NCBI GenBank assembly: GCA_012521575.1
Contig: JAAYMD010000048.1
Location: 1-40,061, forward strand
Direction of reading: 5' to 3'
Length of the DNA: 40,061 nucleotides
Origin: Mollicutes bacterium
GTDB taxonomy: Bacteria > Bacillota_I > Bacilli_A > RF39 > UBA660
A model generated the notes under the pieces. The model searched no databases and was not told the DNA's origin. It saw nothing but the letters and a program-made list of their open reading frames with translations. Both the position numbers and the translations under genes were made by a program. Shown one piece after another: positions 9,244 through 19,839 of the stretch. Positions within the stretch are counted from its first letter, which is position 1. Every line of letters starts with the position of its first letter.

Positions 9244-10062
9244 GTGAAATACATTAAAAATATAAAAAGTAGAGCGCTTTATTATTATGATAGTAATAGT
9301 AGTGCTAGCAATAATTATGGCAATAACTGTACCATTAGTATTAAATACAATAGAAGAAGCGAAAAAAGGAGCTTTTAAAAGTTCAGTATATGCAATGGTA
9401 AAAGCCGTAGAATTAGAATATATAAAGCAAGTATTACAAGGTGTAAAAACAAATGAGATAATTTACACCTATGAAAATGGAGAAGAAACATCTAGTATAG
9501 GTAAGCAGTTAGGAATAAAAGGAACAAAACCAAAAAACGGAGAAATAAGAATAAACAATGAAGGAGAAGTTGCATTAGCAATCCATGATGGGACGTATTG
9601 TGCTTTACATTCATATAATGTATATCCCATTTTGCAAGTACAACCCATAATATTTATGGAATATATGATATGAGTGACGGAGCTTGGGAAAGAGTAGCAG
9701 CATATATAGATAATGGAAATAGTTATTTATCAAATGGCCAAAGCATAATAAATGCCAATTCAAAATATAAGGATGTATATATAATGGGAACAAGTGATAC
9801 TCAAGCAGATAATTATTTAACAAATGCCAATAAATATGGAGAGGCTATATACGAAACAAGTAATGGAAATGATAGTTCTAATTCGTGGTATAATGATTAT
9901 TCACGCATGCCGTATTCTGGATATTCATGGTTTCCGCGTGGCGGCCGTTATGACAGTGATGTGAGCGGTGGTGTGTTTAGCTTCAGCCTAAACGATGGTG
10001 ATGTATTCTCATATTACAGTTTTCGCCCGGTAGTTATTGCTACTACAATTTCTGCACCATAG
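9244..10062 (+). pseudogene. Disrupted type IV pilin-like gene fused to a CLec/FGE-like C-terminal domain (DGR-target type)
   Basis: 9287-9630 encodes a pilin helix (IVIVVLAIIMAITVPLVLNTIEEAKKGAF) with the G|FTLxE site degraded; a second frame open from 9619 reads ASTTHNIYGIYDMSDGAWERV...SWY.DYS..P....WF.RGG.Y......GVF.F....G......SFRPV; one extra T in the run at 9630-9633 would fuse the two frames. Confidence 0.7.
9901..10035 (+). other. Candidate DGR variable region (VR)
   Basis: Hand counts: 9901-10030 is 23/130 A and 64/130 GC, vs 55/120 A and 32/120 GC in 9721-9840; A-free scaffold codons interleaved with NNC/NNT codons; ends in SFRP. Confidence 0.65.
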
Positions 10063-10281
10063 CTAAAGCATAAAAGGTTTTTTCTTGTTTTTTTGACAAA
10101 AGCCCTGCCGTTTAGTAGGTGGTGTGTATTGAGTAGTGGTGAATAAGATCATGAAATTTGAAACTATGATGGTACATGCGATTGGCATAAAAAGGTCTAA
10201 ATGATGAAAATTTTGTAAATATATTTTTGAAACGAATAATATTTTTTGGAATATTAAGTAAGCTTCGTATATAATGATTAG

Positions 10282-10316
10282 GAGACTAAAATAAATTTTT
10301 TTAGTCTCATTTTTTT
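10282..10316 (+). terminator. Intrinsic terminator upstream of spo0A
   Basis: GAGACTAAAA...TTTTAGTCTC followed by a T-run. Confidence 0.65.
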
Positions 10317-10361
10317 GTAAAAAATTGATGAAAAAATTTTGTTTCTAAAAGATATTTTAAA

Positions 10362-10418
10362 TCCGACAAAAAAAGATAAATTATTCTCTAGTCAAAAAAT
10401 GTAAAGGTGTGTTATAAT
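10362..10418 (+). promoter_or_regulatory. spo0A promoter region: 0A-box-like site and extended -10
   Basis: TCCGACA (reverse complement TGTCGGA, 6/7 to TGTCGAA) at 10362-10368; TGtTATAAT at 10410-10418. Confidence 0.45.
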
Positions 10419-10456
10419 TAAGATACGTGAGTGCAGTACTTTGAAGGGAGAATGAT

Positions 10457-11221
10457 ATGGAAAAAATACGTGTTTTAATGATTGACGATAATGTCAATCT
10501 AGTTGGAATGATTAAGGAGTACTTTGGCAGTCACGATTTTATTAGTATCGATTTTGAGGCCTATGATGGGGCAGAAGGAATCGATCTGATTGAAAAAAAA
10601 CAGGAGCAGTATGATGTAATCATTTTAGATTTGATCATGCCTAATAAGGATGGAATGTATGTTTTAGAAGAAATGAAAAAAAGGGGGATCGATAAGAAAG
10701 TTATTGTTGCCACTAGTTATAATGCAAATGAGATTATTAGGGAAGTATCTGAATATGGTGTTAGTTACTTTATCTTAAAACCATTTGATTTAGCTGATTT
10801 GGAAAAACGAATTATCGAATGTCAAAATAAAGAAAAAACCAGAAAAGCAATTGACTTTCACCATAACAATTTACAAATATCGATTAGCAGAATTTTGCAC
10901 GAATTAGGTATACCTTCCCATATAAAAGGATATCAATACATCAGAGAGGCAATTACAATTATATATGATAATCCTGAGATAATTGGTGGCATAACTAAAG
11001 AACTCTATCCTGAATTAGCAGAAAGGTTCGACACTATTGTTTCAAGAGTCGAACGTGCTATTAGGCATGCCATAGAAGTAAGCTGGAATAGGGGCAATTG
11101 GGAGATGATGGAAGAAATTTTTGGGCATAGTGTTGATATTGATAAAGCTAAGCCCACTAATTCTGAGTTTATCGTTACCATTGCCGATAAGTTAAGATTA
11201 GAGTATCACAAAGTAGGGTGA
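10457..11221 (+). CDS. spo0A: Sporulation master regulator Spo0A
   Basis: Receiver domain (DD, LDLIMP, KPFD) plus the Spo0A C-domain [38 protein letters not shown]. Confidence 0.97.
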   Translation: MEKIRVLMIDDNVNLVGMIKEYFGSHDFISIDFEAYDGAEGIDLIEKKQEQYDVIILDLIMPNKDGMYVLEEMKKRGIDKKVIVATSYNANEIIREVSEYGVSYFILKPFDLADLEKRIIECQNKEKTRKAIDFHHNNLQISISRILHELGIPSHIKGYQYIREAITIIYDNPEIIGGITKELYPELAERFDTIVSRVERAIRHAIEVSWNRGNWEMMEEIFGHSVDIDKAKPTNSEFIVTIADKLRLEYHKVG

Positions 11222-11230
11222 TTAACTTTA

Positions 11231-11255
11231 GGCATGAATAAATCATGCTTTTTTT
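11231..11255 (+). terminator. Intrinsic terminator after spo0A
   Basis: GCATGA-ATAAA-TCATGC plus T-run. Confidence 0.75.
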
Positions 11256-11259
11256 CAAT

Positions 11260-11287
11260 TTGACACATTTTTTTAAAGAAGTATAAT
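11260..11287 (+). promoter_or_regulatory. sigma-A promoter
   Basis: TTGACA-N16-TATAAT. Confidence 0.65.
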
Positions 11288-11304
11288 AGATTTGGGTGAT
11301 TTTT

Positions 11305-12189
11305 GTGAAACGAATTTTTATTGTTAATCCTATTTCAGGTAATGGCAAAGCATTGAAAATTGCTAAGGTAATTAAAGAAATATGTAATAGTGAAAACCTT
11401 GAACATGAAATTATATATACTGCTGGGCCAAAGGATGCAACAGAGATTGCAAAAAAATTTCGAGGGGAACTGGGACAATATATTGTTTATAGTGTAGGAG
11501 GCGATGGAGTTTTAAATGAAGTTGTAAATGGGATTATTAATAGTGGTACAATTTTAGGGGTTATTCCTGCCGGAACGGGAAATGATTTTTCACGAATGAT
11601 TAGGCCAACTAGCGAAACTTTATTTCGTAAAATAGATGTAGGCAGAGTTAATAACCGTTATTTCATTAATATTGCGTCACTTGGACTTGATGCTAAAATT
11701 GCTGAGTGTGCAAATAATTTAAAAGGAAAAAAGATACCTACAGAACTAGTTTATTATTTGAGTATAATTAATGAATTTATAAAATTAGATAGTGTCAAGT
11801 TAAAAGTTGATAAAAGAGAAAATTTTGATGATTATACTTTATTATCCGTTTGCAACGCTACTTATTATGGTGGAGGTTTAGCCCTTGCTCCCAAAGCTTC
11901 TTTAAATGATGGTCTTTTTGATGTTTATGAACTTCCAAAAGTAAATAGAATTAAACTTTTAAAGATGTTTAGTTTATTATTAAAAGGGCTACATGAAAAA
12001 TCAAAGCTAGTTAATTACTGGAAAACTGATTATTTTGAAGTTGAGTCACCACAAAAAATAATATGTAATATAGATGGTGAAATAATAATGGATAAAAAAT
12101 TTGTTTTCGAAAATATCAGGAAAAGTTTATATTTAATAAATAATGATCATCCTAAATTAAAGAGTTTAAATAAAAATTTCCAAAAATAA
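11305..12189 (+). CDS. Diacylglycerol/lipid kinase family protein (YegS/BmrU type)
   Basis: IVNPISG, GGDG..NEVVNG, IPAGTGNDF, YYGGG, DGE; start GTG 11305 or 11296. Confidence 0.9.
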   Translation: MKRIFIVNPISGNGKALKIAKVIKEICNSENLEHEIIYTAGPKDATEIAKKFRGELGQYIVYSVGGDGVLNEVVNGIINSGTILGVIPAGTGNDFSRMIRPTSETLFRKIDVGRVNNRYFINIASLGLDAKIAECANNLKGKKIPTELVYYLSIINEFIKLDSVKLKVDKRENFDDYTLLSVCNATYYGGGLALAPKASLNDGLFDVYELPKVNRIKLLKMFSLLLKGLHEKSKLVNYWKTDYFEVESPQKIICNIDGEIIMDKKFVFENIRKSLYLINNDHPKLKSLNKNFQK

Positions 12190-12235
12190 TAAAAAAGTAA
12201 TAAATGTATGTTACAATAATATTGGAGATGATGAT

Positions 12236-13741
12236 ATGAAGCCGATAGTTCTTTGTATTTTAGATGGTGTTGGAATTAGAAAAGAAAAAAAAGGTAATGC
12301 TTTTTTACTCGCAAACAAACCTAATTTTGATTACTTATGGAATAATTTTCCTCACACATTGATTGAAGCAAGTGGGGAAATGGTTGGTTTACCACCTGCT
12401 CAAATGGGAAATAGTGAAGTAGGGCATATGAATATAGGTGCTGGAAGGATTGTTTATCAACCACTTCCATATATTAATATGCAAATTAAAAACAAACAAT
12501 TTTTTAACAATGAAAAAATTTTAGACGTTATTAATCATGTTAAAAATAATGATACTAAATTACATATAATGGGTCTTGTTAGTGATGGTGGTATTCACTC
12601 ACACATTGATCATTTAATGGCTTTAATAGATATGGCTGCTTTAAATAATGTCAAAAATTTATATTTACATTTATTTTTAGATGGCCGTGATACACTACCC
12701 GCTGTTGCGCCAAAATATTTAGAGCAAGTTGAAAAAAAGCTTAAGGAAACAGGTATTGGTGTAATTGCCACGGTATCAGGTCGCTATTATGCGATGGATC
12801 GTGATAAAAGATGGGATCGAACTAAAAAGGCTTATGATGCACTTGTTTATGGTATTGGTGAAGAATATGAAAAGGTTGAAAAATTAATTGAGAGTAATTT
12901 AAATAGGGGTATTACTGATGAATTTGTTATACCTGCTGTTTTAGATAAAAATGGTGTGATTGAAGAAAATGATGGAATTATTGTGTTTAATTTTCGTCCT
13001 GACCGTTTAAGACAATTATTAAGAGTTTTTTCTGATTCTACTTTTAATGAGTTTGAATGTGAAAAATTTAATAATTTAAAAATTGTAACAATGATGCCAA
13101 CAGGTTATAAAATTGAAAGTGCTTTTAAACAGGAAGAATTGAATAATACTTTAGGGGAATATATTAGTGATTTAGGTTTAAAACAACTTCGAATTGCAGA
13201 AACAGAAAAGTATGCCCATGTTACTTACTTTTTTGATGGAGGGGTAGAAAAGAATTTAAAAGGGTGTAAGAAGTTGTTAATATCTTCACCTAAAGTGGCA
13301 ACTTACGATTTAAAACCAGAAATGAGTGCTTATGAAGTAACAGAAGCTTTACTAAAAGAATTGGATAAGGATTATGATTTAATTGTTTTAAACTATGCCA
13401 ACGGTGATATGGTTGGGCATACTGGTGTGCTTAAGGCAGCCATTAAAGCAGTTGAAGCAGTTGATGAGTGTTTAGGTAAAGTTTATGAAAAAGTTAAAGA
13501 AAAAGGAGGAACTTTAATAGTTACAGCTGATCATGGTAATTGTGAGTATATGATTGATGAAAATGATAATATTTTAACATCTCATACTACTAATAAAGTG
13601 CCATTTATTATAACTAATAAAAATTATGAATTAAAAAAAGAAGGTTGTTTAGCAGATATTGCACCAACTATTTTAGATATTTTAAATATTGACAAGCCTA
13701 AGGAAATGGACAGAGAAAGTCTATTAGTTAAAAAAGAGTGA
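12236..13741 (+). CDS. gpmI: 2,3-bisphosphoglycerate-independent phosphoglycerate mutase
   Basis: ILDG, QMGNSEVGH, GRYYAMDRD, AETEKYAHVT, DMVGHTG, TADHGN. Confidence 0.98.
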   Translation: MKPIVLCILDGVGIRKEKKGNAFLLANKPNFDYLWNNFPHTLIEASGEMVGLPPAQMGNSEVGHMNIGAGRIVYQPLPYINMQIKNKQFFNNEKILDVINHVKNNDTKLHIMGLVSDGGIHSHIDHLMALIDMAALNNVKNLYLHLFLDGRDTLPAVAPKYLEQVEKKLKETGIGVIATVSGRYYAMDRDKRWDRTKKAYDALVYGIGEEYEKVEKLIESNLNRGITDEFVIPAVLDKNGVIEENDGIIVFNFRPDRLRQLLRVFSDSTFNEFECEKFNNLKIVTMMPTGYKIESAFKQEELNNTLGEYISDLGLKQLRIAETEKYAHVTYFFDGGVEKNLKGCKKLLISSPKVATYDLKPEMSAYEVTEALLKELDKDYDLIVLNYANGDMVGHTGVLKAAIKAVEAVDECLGKVYEKVKEKGGTLIVTADHGNCEYMIDENDNILTSHTTNKVPFIITNKNYELKKEGCLADIAPTILDILNIDKPKEMDRESLLVKKE

Positions 13742-13761
13742 TTTGGAAAATCACTTTTTTT
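13734..13761 (+). terminator. Intrinsic terminator after gpmI
   Basis: AGTGATTT-loop-AAATCACT plus T-run. Confidence 0.8.
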
Positions 13762-14030
13762 ATAAAAAAACATTTTGTTTTTTTAATTTATAATATTATT
13801 TTTATTGCTAAATGTATAATGCTAATGCAAAAAATGCTAATAAAATTAAAATAAAATAGATAGCAAAGTTTGACAAGTAAAATAAAATATGTTATTGTTT
13901 GACATAAATGTTTTAAAAACATTAAAAAGTAGAGGTTGTACTTTAAGACAATAACAAAAGTAAAATCACATGAGATTTTAACTTCTTGTTTTATAGGATT
14001 ATTTATAATATAATTATTAAAGGTGATACT

Positions 14031-15003
14031 ATGTGGAAAATAGGTAACGTGGAGATTAAAAATCAAGTTGTATTGGCACCAATGGCAGGGATTTCCAATA
14101 GTGCATATCGCCGCATCGCCAAGGAGATGGGCTGTGGATTAATGTATGCTGAAATGGTTAGTGATAAAGCAATTGTATATGAAAACAAAAAAACGCTTGA
14201 CATGTTATATATGACAGAAGAAGAAAGACCTATCGCTCAACAAATTTTTGGAAGTGATGTTGAATCATTTGTGAAAGCTGCTAAATTTATATATGAAACA
14301 ATGAAAGTAGATATTATTGATATTAACATGGGGTGTCCTGTTCCTAAAGTTGCCCTTCGTGCTAAAGCAGGAAGCGCTCTTCTTAAAGATCCACAAAAAA
14401 TATATGATATTGTGTCAAATGTTGTAAAAAGTGTGCCAATTCCCGTTACCGTTAAAATTAGAAGTGGATGGGATAGTAAAAGTATTAATGCTGTTGAAGT
14501 AGCTAAGATATGTGAAAAAGCAGGTGCTAGTGCAATAATCATTCACGGTCGAACACGTAGTCAAGGATATGGAGGAGTAGTTGATTTAGATATTATCAAA
14601 AAAGTTAAAGAAAGTGTTAATATTCCGGTTATTGGTAATGGTGATATAAAATCGTGTTATGACGCTAAAAAGATGCTTGATTATACAGGGTGTGATGCTG
14701 TTATGATTGGACGAGCAGCACTAGGCAATCCTTGGATTTTTAAAGAATGTGTTCTTTATTTAGAAAAAGGTGTGGAACCTAAACCAGTAAGCTTATCAGA
14801 AAAAATAGAAATGATAAAAAAGCATGTTAATTATTTACTGGAATTTAAGGCGGAAAAAGTAGTTATGCTGGAAATGCGCAGTCATGTTGCATGGTACCTA
14901 AAAGGGGTGCCAGGTAGCAGTGAAGTGAAAAAGAAGTTGAATGATTTAAAAACAGTATCGGAGTTATTTAAACTTTTAGATGAGTTTTTAGAGGGGAAGG
15001 TAA

Positions 15004-15023
<20 letters not shown>
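14031..15023 (+). CDS. dusB: tRNA-dihydrouridine synthase B
   Basis: LAPMAG, DINMGCP, VTVKIR, HGRT, GNGD, MIGR; start ATG 14031 behind AAGGTGA. Confidence 0.95.
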
Positions 15024-17086
<2,063 letters not shown>

Positions 17087-17101
17087 AAAAGAGGGATATA
17101 C

Positions 17102-18280
17102 ATGAAGATTTTAGCTATCAACGCAGGAAGTTCATCTTTAAAATTTAAAATGTTTGAAATGCCTGAAGAAATAGTAATTGTATCAGGTTTATTTGAACGG
17201 ATTGGTATTGATGGAAGCGGTTATACAATAAAAATTAATGGTGAAAAAATAAAAAAAGAAGTAGAATTAAAAAATCATGAAGATGCAGTTAAATATTTAA
17301 TTGAAGAATTAATAGAAAATGAAATTATATCATCATTAGATGAAATTGAAGCAATTGGGCATCGTATAGTACACGGTGGTGATAAATATGCTGATTCAGT
17401 GATTATAACTGATGAAGTTTTAAATGATATTGAATCTTTTTCATCACTGGCACCCCTTCACAATCCAGCCAATGTTTTGGGAATTAAAGCTTTTCAAAAA
17501 CTTGTTCCAAAGGCAACGGTAGTAGGAGTTTTTGACACAGCATTTCATCAAACTTTAGAAGAAAAAGATTTTTTATATGGAGTACCATACGAATGGTATA
17601 CCAAGTATAAGGTAAGAAAATATGGTTTTCATGGAATTAGTCATAAGTATTTAGCTAATTACATGGAAAAAAAATTAGGTAAAAAAGAATTTAAACTTAT
17701 CACTTGCCATTTAGGAAATGGTGGAAGTATAAGTGCTATTAAAAATGGTAAGTGTATTGATACATCAATGGGGTTTACTCCTAATGCAGGTATTTTAATG
17801 GGTACTCGTGCCGGTGATATTGACGCATCAATCATTCCTTATATTATGGAACAAACAGGTATGAGTTTAGATGAAGTAATGAACAGTTTAAATAAAGAAA
17901 GTGGTTTTTTAGGAGTTAGCGGTGTTAGTAGTGATTCAAGGGATATTGAAGAAGGGATACTTGAAAATAATCAGAGGTGTATTTTAACTCATCAAATGTT
18001 TGTTAAAAGTGTTGTTAGCTATATTGCTAGTTATTATGTATTGCTTGGTGGCGTAGATGCTATTTGTTTTTCTGCAGGAATTGGAGAAAATTCTAGTAAG
18101 GTAAGAAAAGATATCATTGAAGCATTAAGTGTTTTAGGAATTAAATTAGATGAAGAAGCTAATAATGTAAGAGGAAAAGAAGCGTTAATAACGACTAGTG
18201 ATTCTAAAATTTCTTGTTATGTTATACCAACTAATGAAGAATTAATGATTGCCAAAGACGTTTATAATCTTGTAAAATAA
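17102..18280 (+). CDS. ackA: Acetate kinase
   Basis: INAGSSSLK, HRIVHGG, APLHN, YGFHG, HLGNG, PTNEE. Confidence 0.98.
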   Translation: MKILAINAGSSSLKFKMFEMPEEIVIVSGLFERIGIDGSGYTIKINGEKIKKEVELKNHEDAVKYLIEELIENEIISSLDEIEAIGHRIVHGGDKYADSVIITDEVLNDIESFSSLAPLHNPANVLGIKAFQKLVPKATVVGVFDTAFHQTLEEKDFLYGVPYEWYTKYKVRKYGFHGISHKYLANYMEKKLGKKEFKLITCHLGNGGSISAIKNGKCIDTSMGFTPNAGILMGTRAGDIDASIIPYIMEQTGMSLDEVMNSLNKESGFLGVSGVSSDSRDIEEGILENNQRCILTHQMFVKSVVSYIASYYVLLGGVDAICFSAGIGENSSKVRKDIIEALSVLGIKLDEEANNVRGKEALITTSDSKISCYVIPTNEELMIAKDVYNLVK

Positions 18281-18301
18281 AAATAGGAAGTGTGGGGTAA
18301 A

Positions 18302-19282
18302 ATGAGTCGAAGAATAATAAGAAAAATATATCGAAAAATAAAAAAATACGATACAATTGTTATTGCACGTCATGTGGGACCAGATCCCGATGCTATATCA
18401 AGTCAAATTGCTCTTCGTGATGTTATTTTAAATACATTTCCTAAAAAAAAGGTTTATGCTGTTGGGGCACCTGCTTCTAAATTCAAATATTTAGGGTCAC
18501 TTGATAAATTTCATGAAGATATGTATAAAGATGCTTTGTTAATTGTTTTAGATGTTCCTGATAAAGCAAGAGTTGATGGTGTTAATCCAGATCTTTTTAA
18601 AGAAAGAATTAAAATCGATCATCATCCTTTTGTTGAAAAGTTTTGTGAAATTGAATGGATTGATGATAACGCCAGCAGTGCCGCCCAAATGGTAATTGAG
18701 TTAATTTTAACAACTAAACTTCGGATGACAAAAGAGGCTGCAGAAAAATTGTTTATTGGTGTTGTTGCTGATACTAATCGCTTTTTATTTTATTACACAA
18801 CACCAAAAACTTTTGATTTAGTATCAACGATGATAAAAAAAACAAATATAGATTTTACCAATCTTTATGAAGATTTATATATGCGTCCATTAAAAGAAAT
18901 AAAGTTTCAAGGTTATATTATTAATAATTTGCAAGTAACGGAAAATGGACTTGGTTATATAAAACTAAGTGATGAAATATTAAAAGAATATAATGTTGAT
19001 CCAGCATCAGCTGGTAATATGGTTAATAATTTTAATTATATTGAAGAGTTATTGGTCTGGGTAGTTTTTTCAGAGGATAAAGTTAATGGAAATATTCGAG
19101 GTTCGATTAGATCTAGGGGACCAGCTATTAATGAGGTTGCAACTAATTATAATGGTGGTGGTCATGTTTATGCTAGTGGTGTTCGCTTAACTACTGAAGA
19201 GGAAATTGACAAATTAGTTAAAGAGTTGGATAAAGTTTGTTTTCTTTACAAACAAAAGCAAAGTGAGGAACTTGAAGCGTAA
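18302..19282 (+). CDS. nrnA: DHH/DHHA1 phosphoesterase (NrnA-like oligoribonuclease/pAp phosphatase)
   Basis: RH..PDPDA, IDHH, DT.RF, SIRS, GGGH..ASG. Confidence 0.88.
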   Translation: MSRRIIRKIYRKIKKYDTIVIARHVGPDPDAISSQIALRDVILNTFPKKKVYAVGAPASKFKYLGSLDKFHEDMYKDALLIVLDVPDKARVDGVNPDLFKERIKIDHHPFVEKFCEIEWIDDNASSAAQMVIELILTTKLRMTKEAAEKLFIGVVADTNRFLFYYTTPKTFDLVSTMIKKTNIDFTNLYEDLYMRPLKEIKFQGYIINNLQVTENGLGYIKLSDEILKEYNVDPASAGNMVNNFNYIEELLVWVVFSEDKVNGNIRGSIRSRGPAINEVATNYNGGGHVYASGVRLTTEEEIDKLVKELDKVCFLYKQKQSEELEA

Positions 19283-19371
19283 AAATGCGCTTTTTTTATT
19301 TTTGGTAAAATTTAGTTAAAAAATATATTTTTGGGAATTGATAATATTTTGATTAGTATTAAAATAGAAAA

Positions 19372-19755
19372 TTAAGGAATTAGAATATTAGGTTGTTCTT
19401 CGTCATCATCAGGAAAAATAAATGGAAGTATAGTTATAACAATAACTAATATTAATTGAGCTTCATTGACTATTAAATTGATGAAAGAAACTTTAGTAGA
19501 ATTAATTTTTCCTTTTGTTCGGTTAATTTTATATTCCCGATAAGCTGTATAAACAAAAACTAGTGCAATTACTAATAAGATGAAATTGCTAATATTAGTA
19601 ATTGTTTTTTCATTTTCTTTATTAAAAAGGGGTTTTTTATTTAAAAGTTTTAATTTATCATTATATGTAAGTAAAATAGATATAACGATTTTAAATATAA
19701 AAATAATTGAGCCATATAAATTGATATCTATTAATCGAACTTCTTCTTCTTTCAT
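19372..19755 (-). CDS. Hypothetical membrane protein (about 3 TM segments)
   Basis: 127-aa ORF filling the intergenic space with three hydrophobic stretches; no clear SD. Confidence 0.6.
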   Translation of the reverse strand: MKEEEVRLIDINLYGSIIFIFKIVISILLTYNDKLKLLNKKPLFNKENEKTITNISNFILLVIALVFVYTAYREYKINRTKGKINSTKVSFINLIVNEAQLILVIVITILPFIFPDDDEEQPNILIP

Positions 19756-19793
19756 AATAAATTATATATTTATTAGTACTAAATAATTACAAT

Positions 19794-19822
19794 GCATAAA
19801 CTTTTTAAAACAAATCATAATA
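19794..19822 (+). promoter_or_regulatory. Putative sigma-G promoter (also resembles sigma-E)
   Basis: GCATA-N17-CATAATA matches consensus GHATR-N17/18-CATAHTA. Confidence 0.6.
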
Positions 19823-19839
19823 AAATTAGGGAGGCAAAT

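Noticed and set aside
9181-9378. 65-aa ORF
   Set aside because: Off-frame overlap with the pilin; only 9244-9276 may be the displaced prepilin leader
9611-9823. Minus-strand 70-aa ORF
   Set aside because: Antisense shadow of the pilin/CLec region with no SD or motif
11027-11033. Perfect 0A box (TTCGACA) inside spo0A
   Set aside because: Deep in coding sequence; AT-rich 7-mers occur by chance (another lies in lysS)
13931-13990. Lysine riboswitch or T-box upstream of dusB-lysS
   Set aside because: Only an AGAGG start; remaining conserved elements and the T-box motif are absent
13788-14066. Minus-strand 92-aa ORF
   Set aside because: Low-complexity AT-rich intergenic sequence overlapping the dusB start; no recognisable motif
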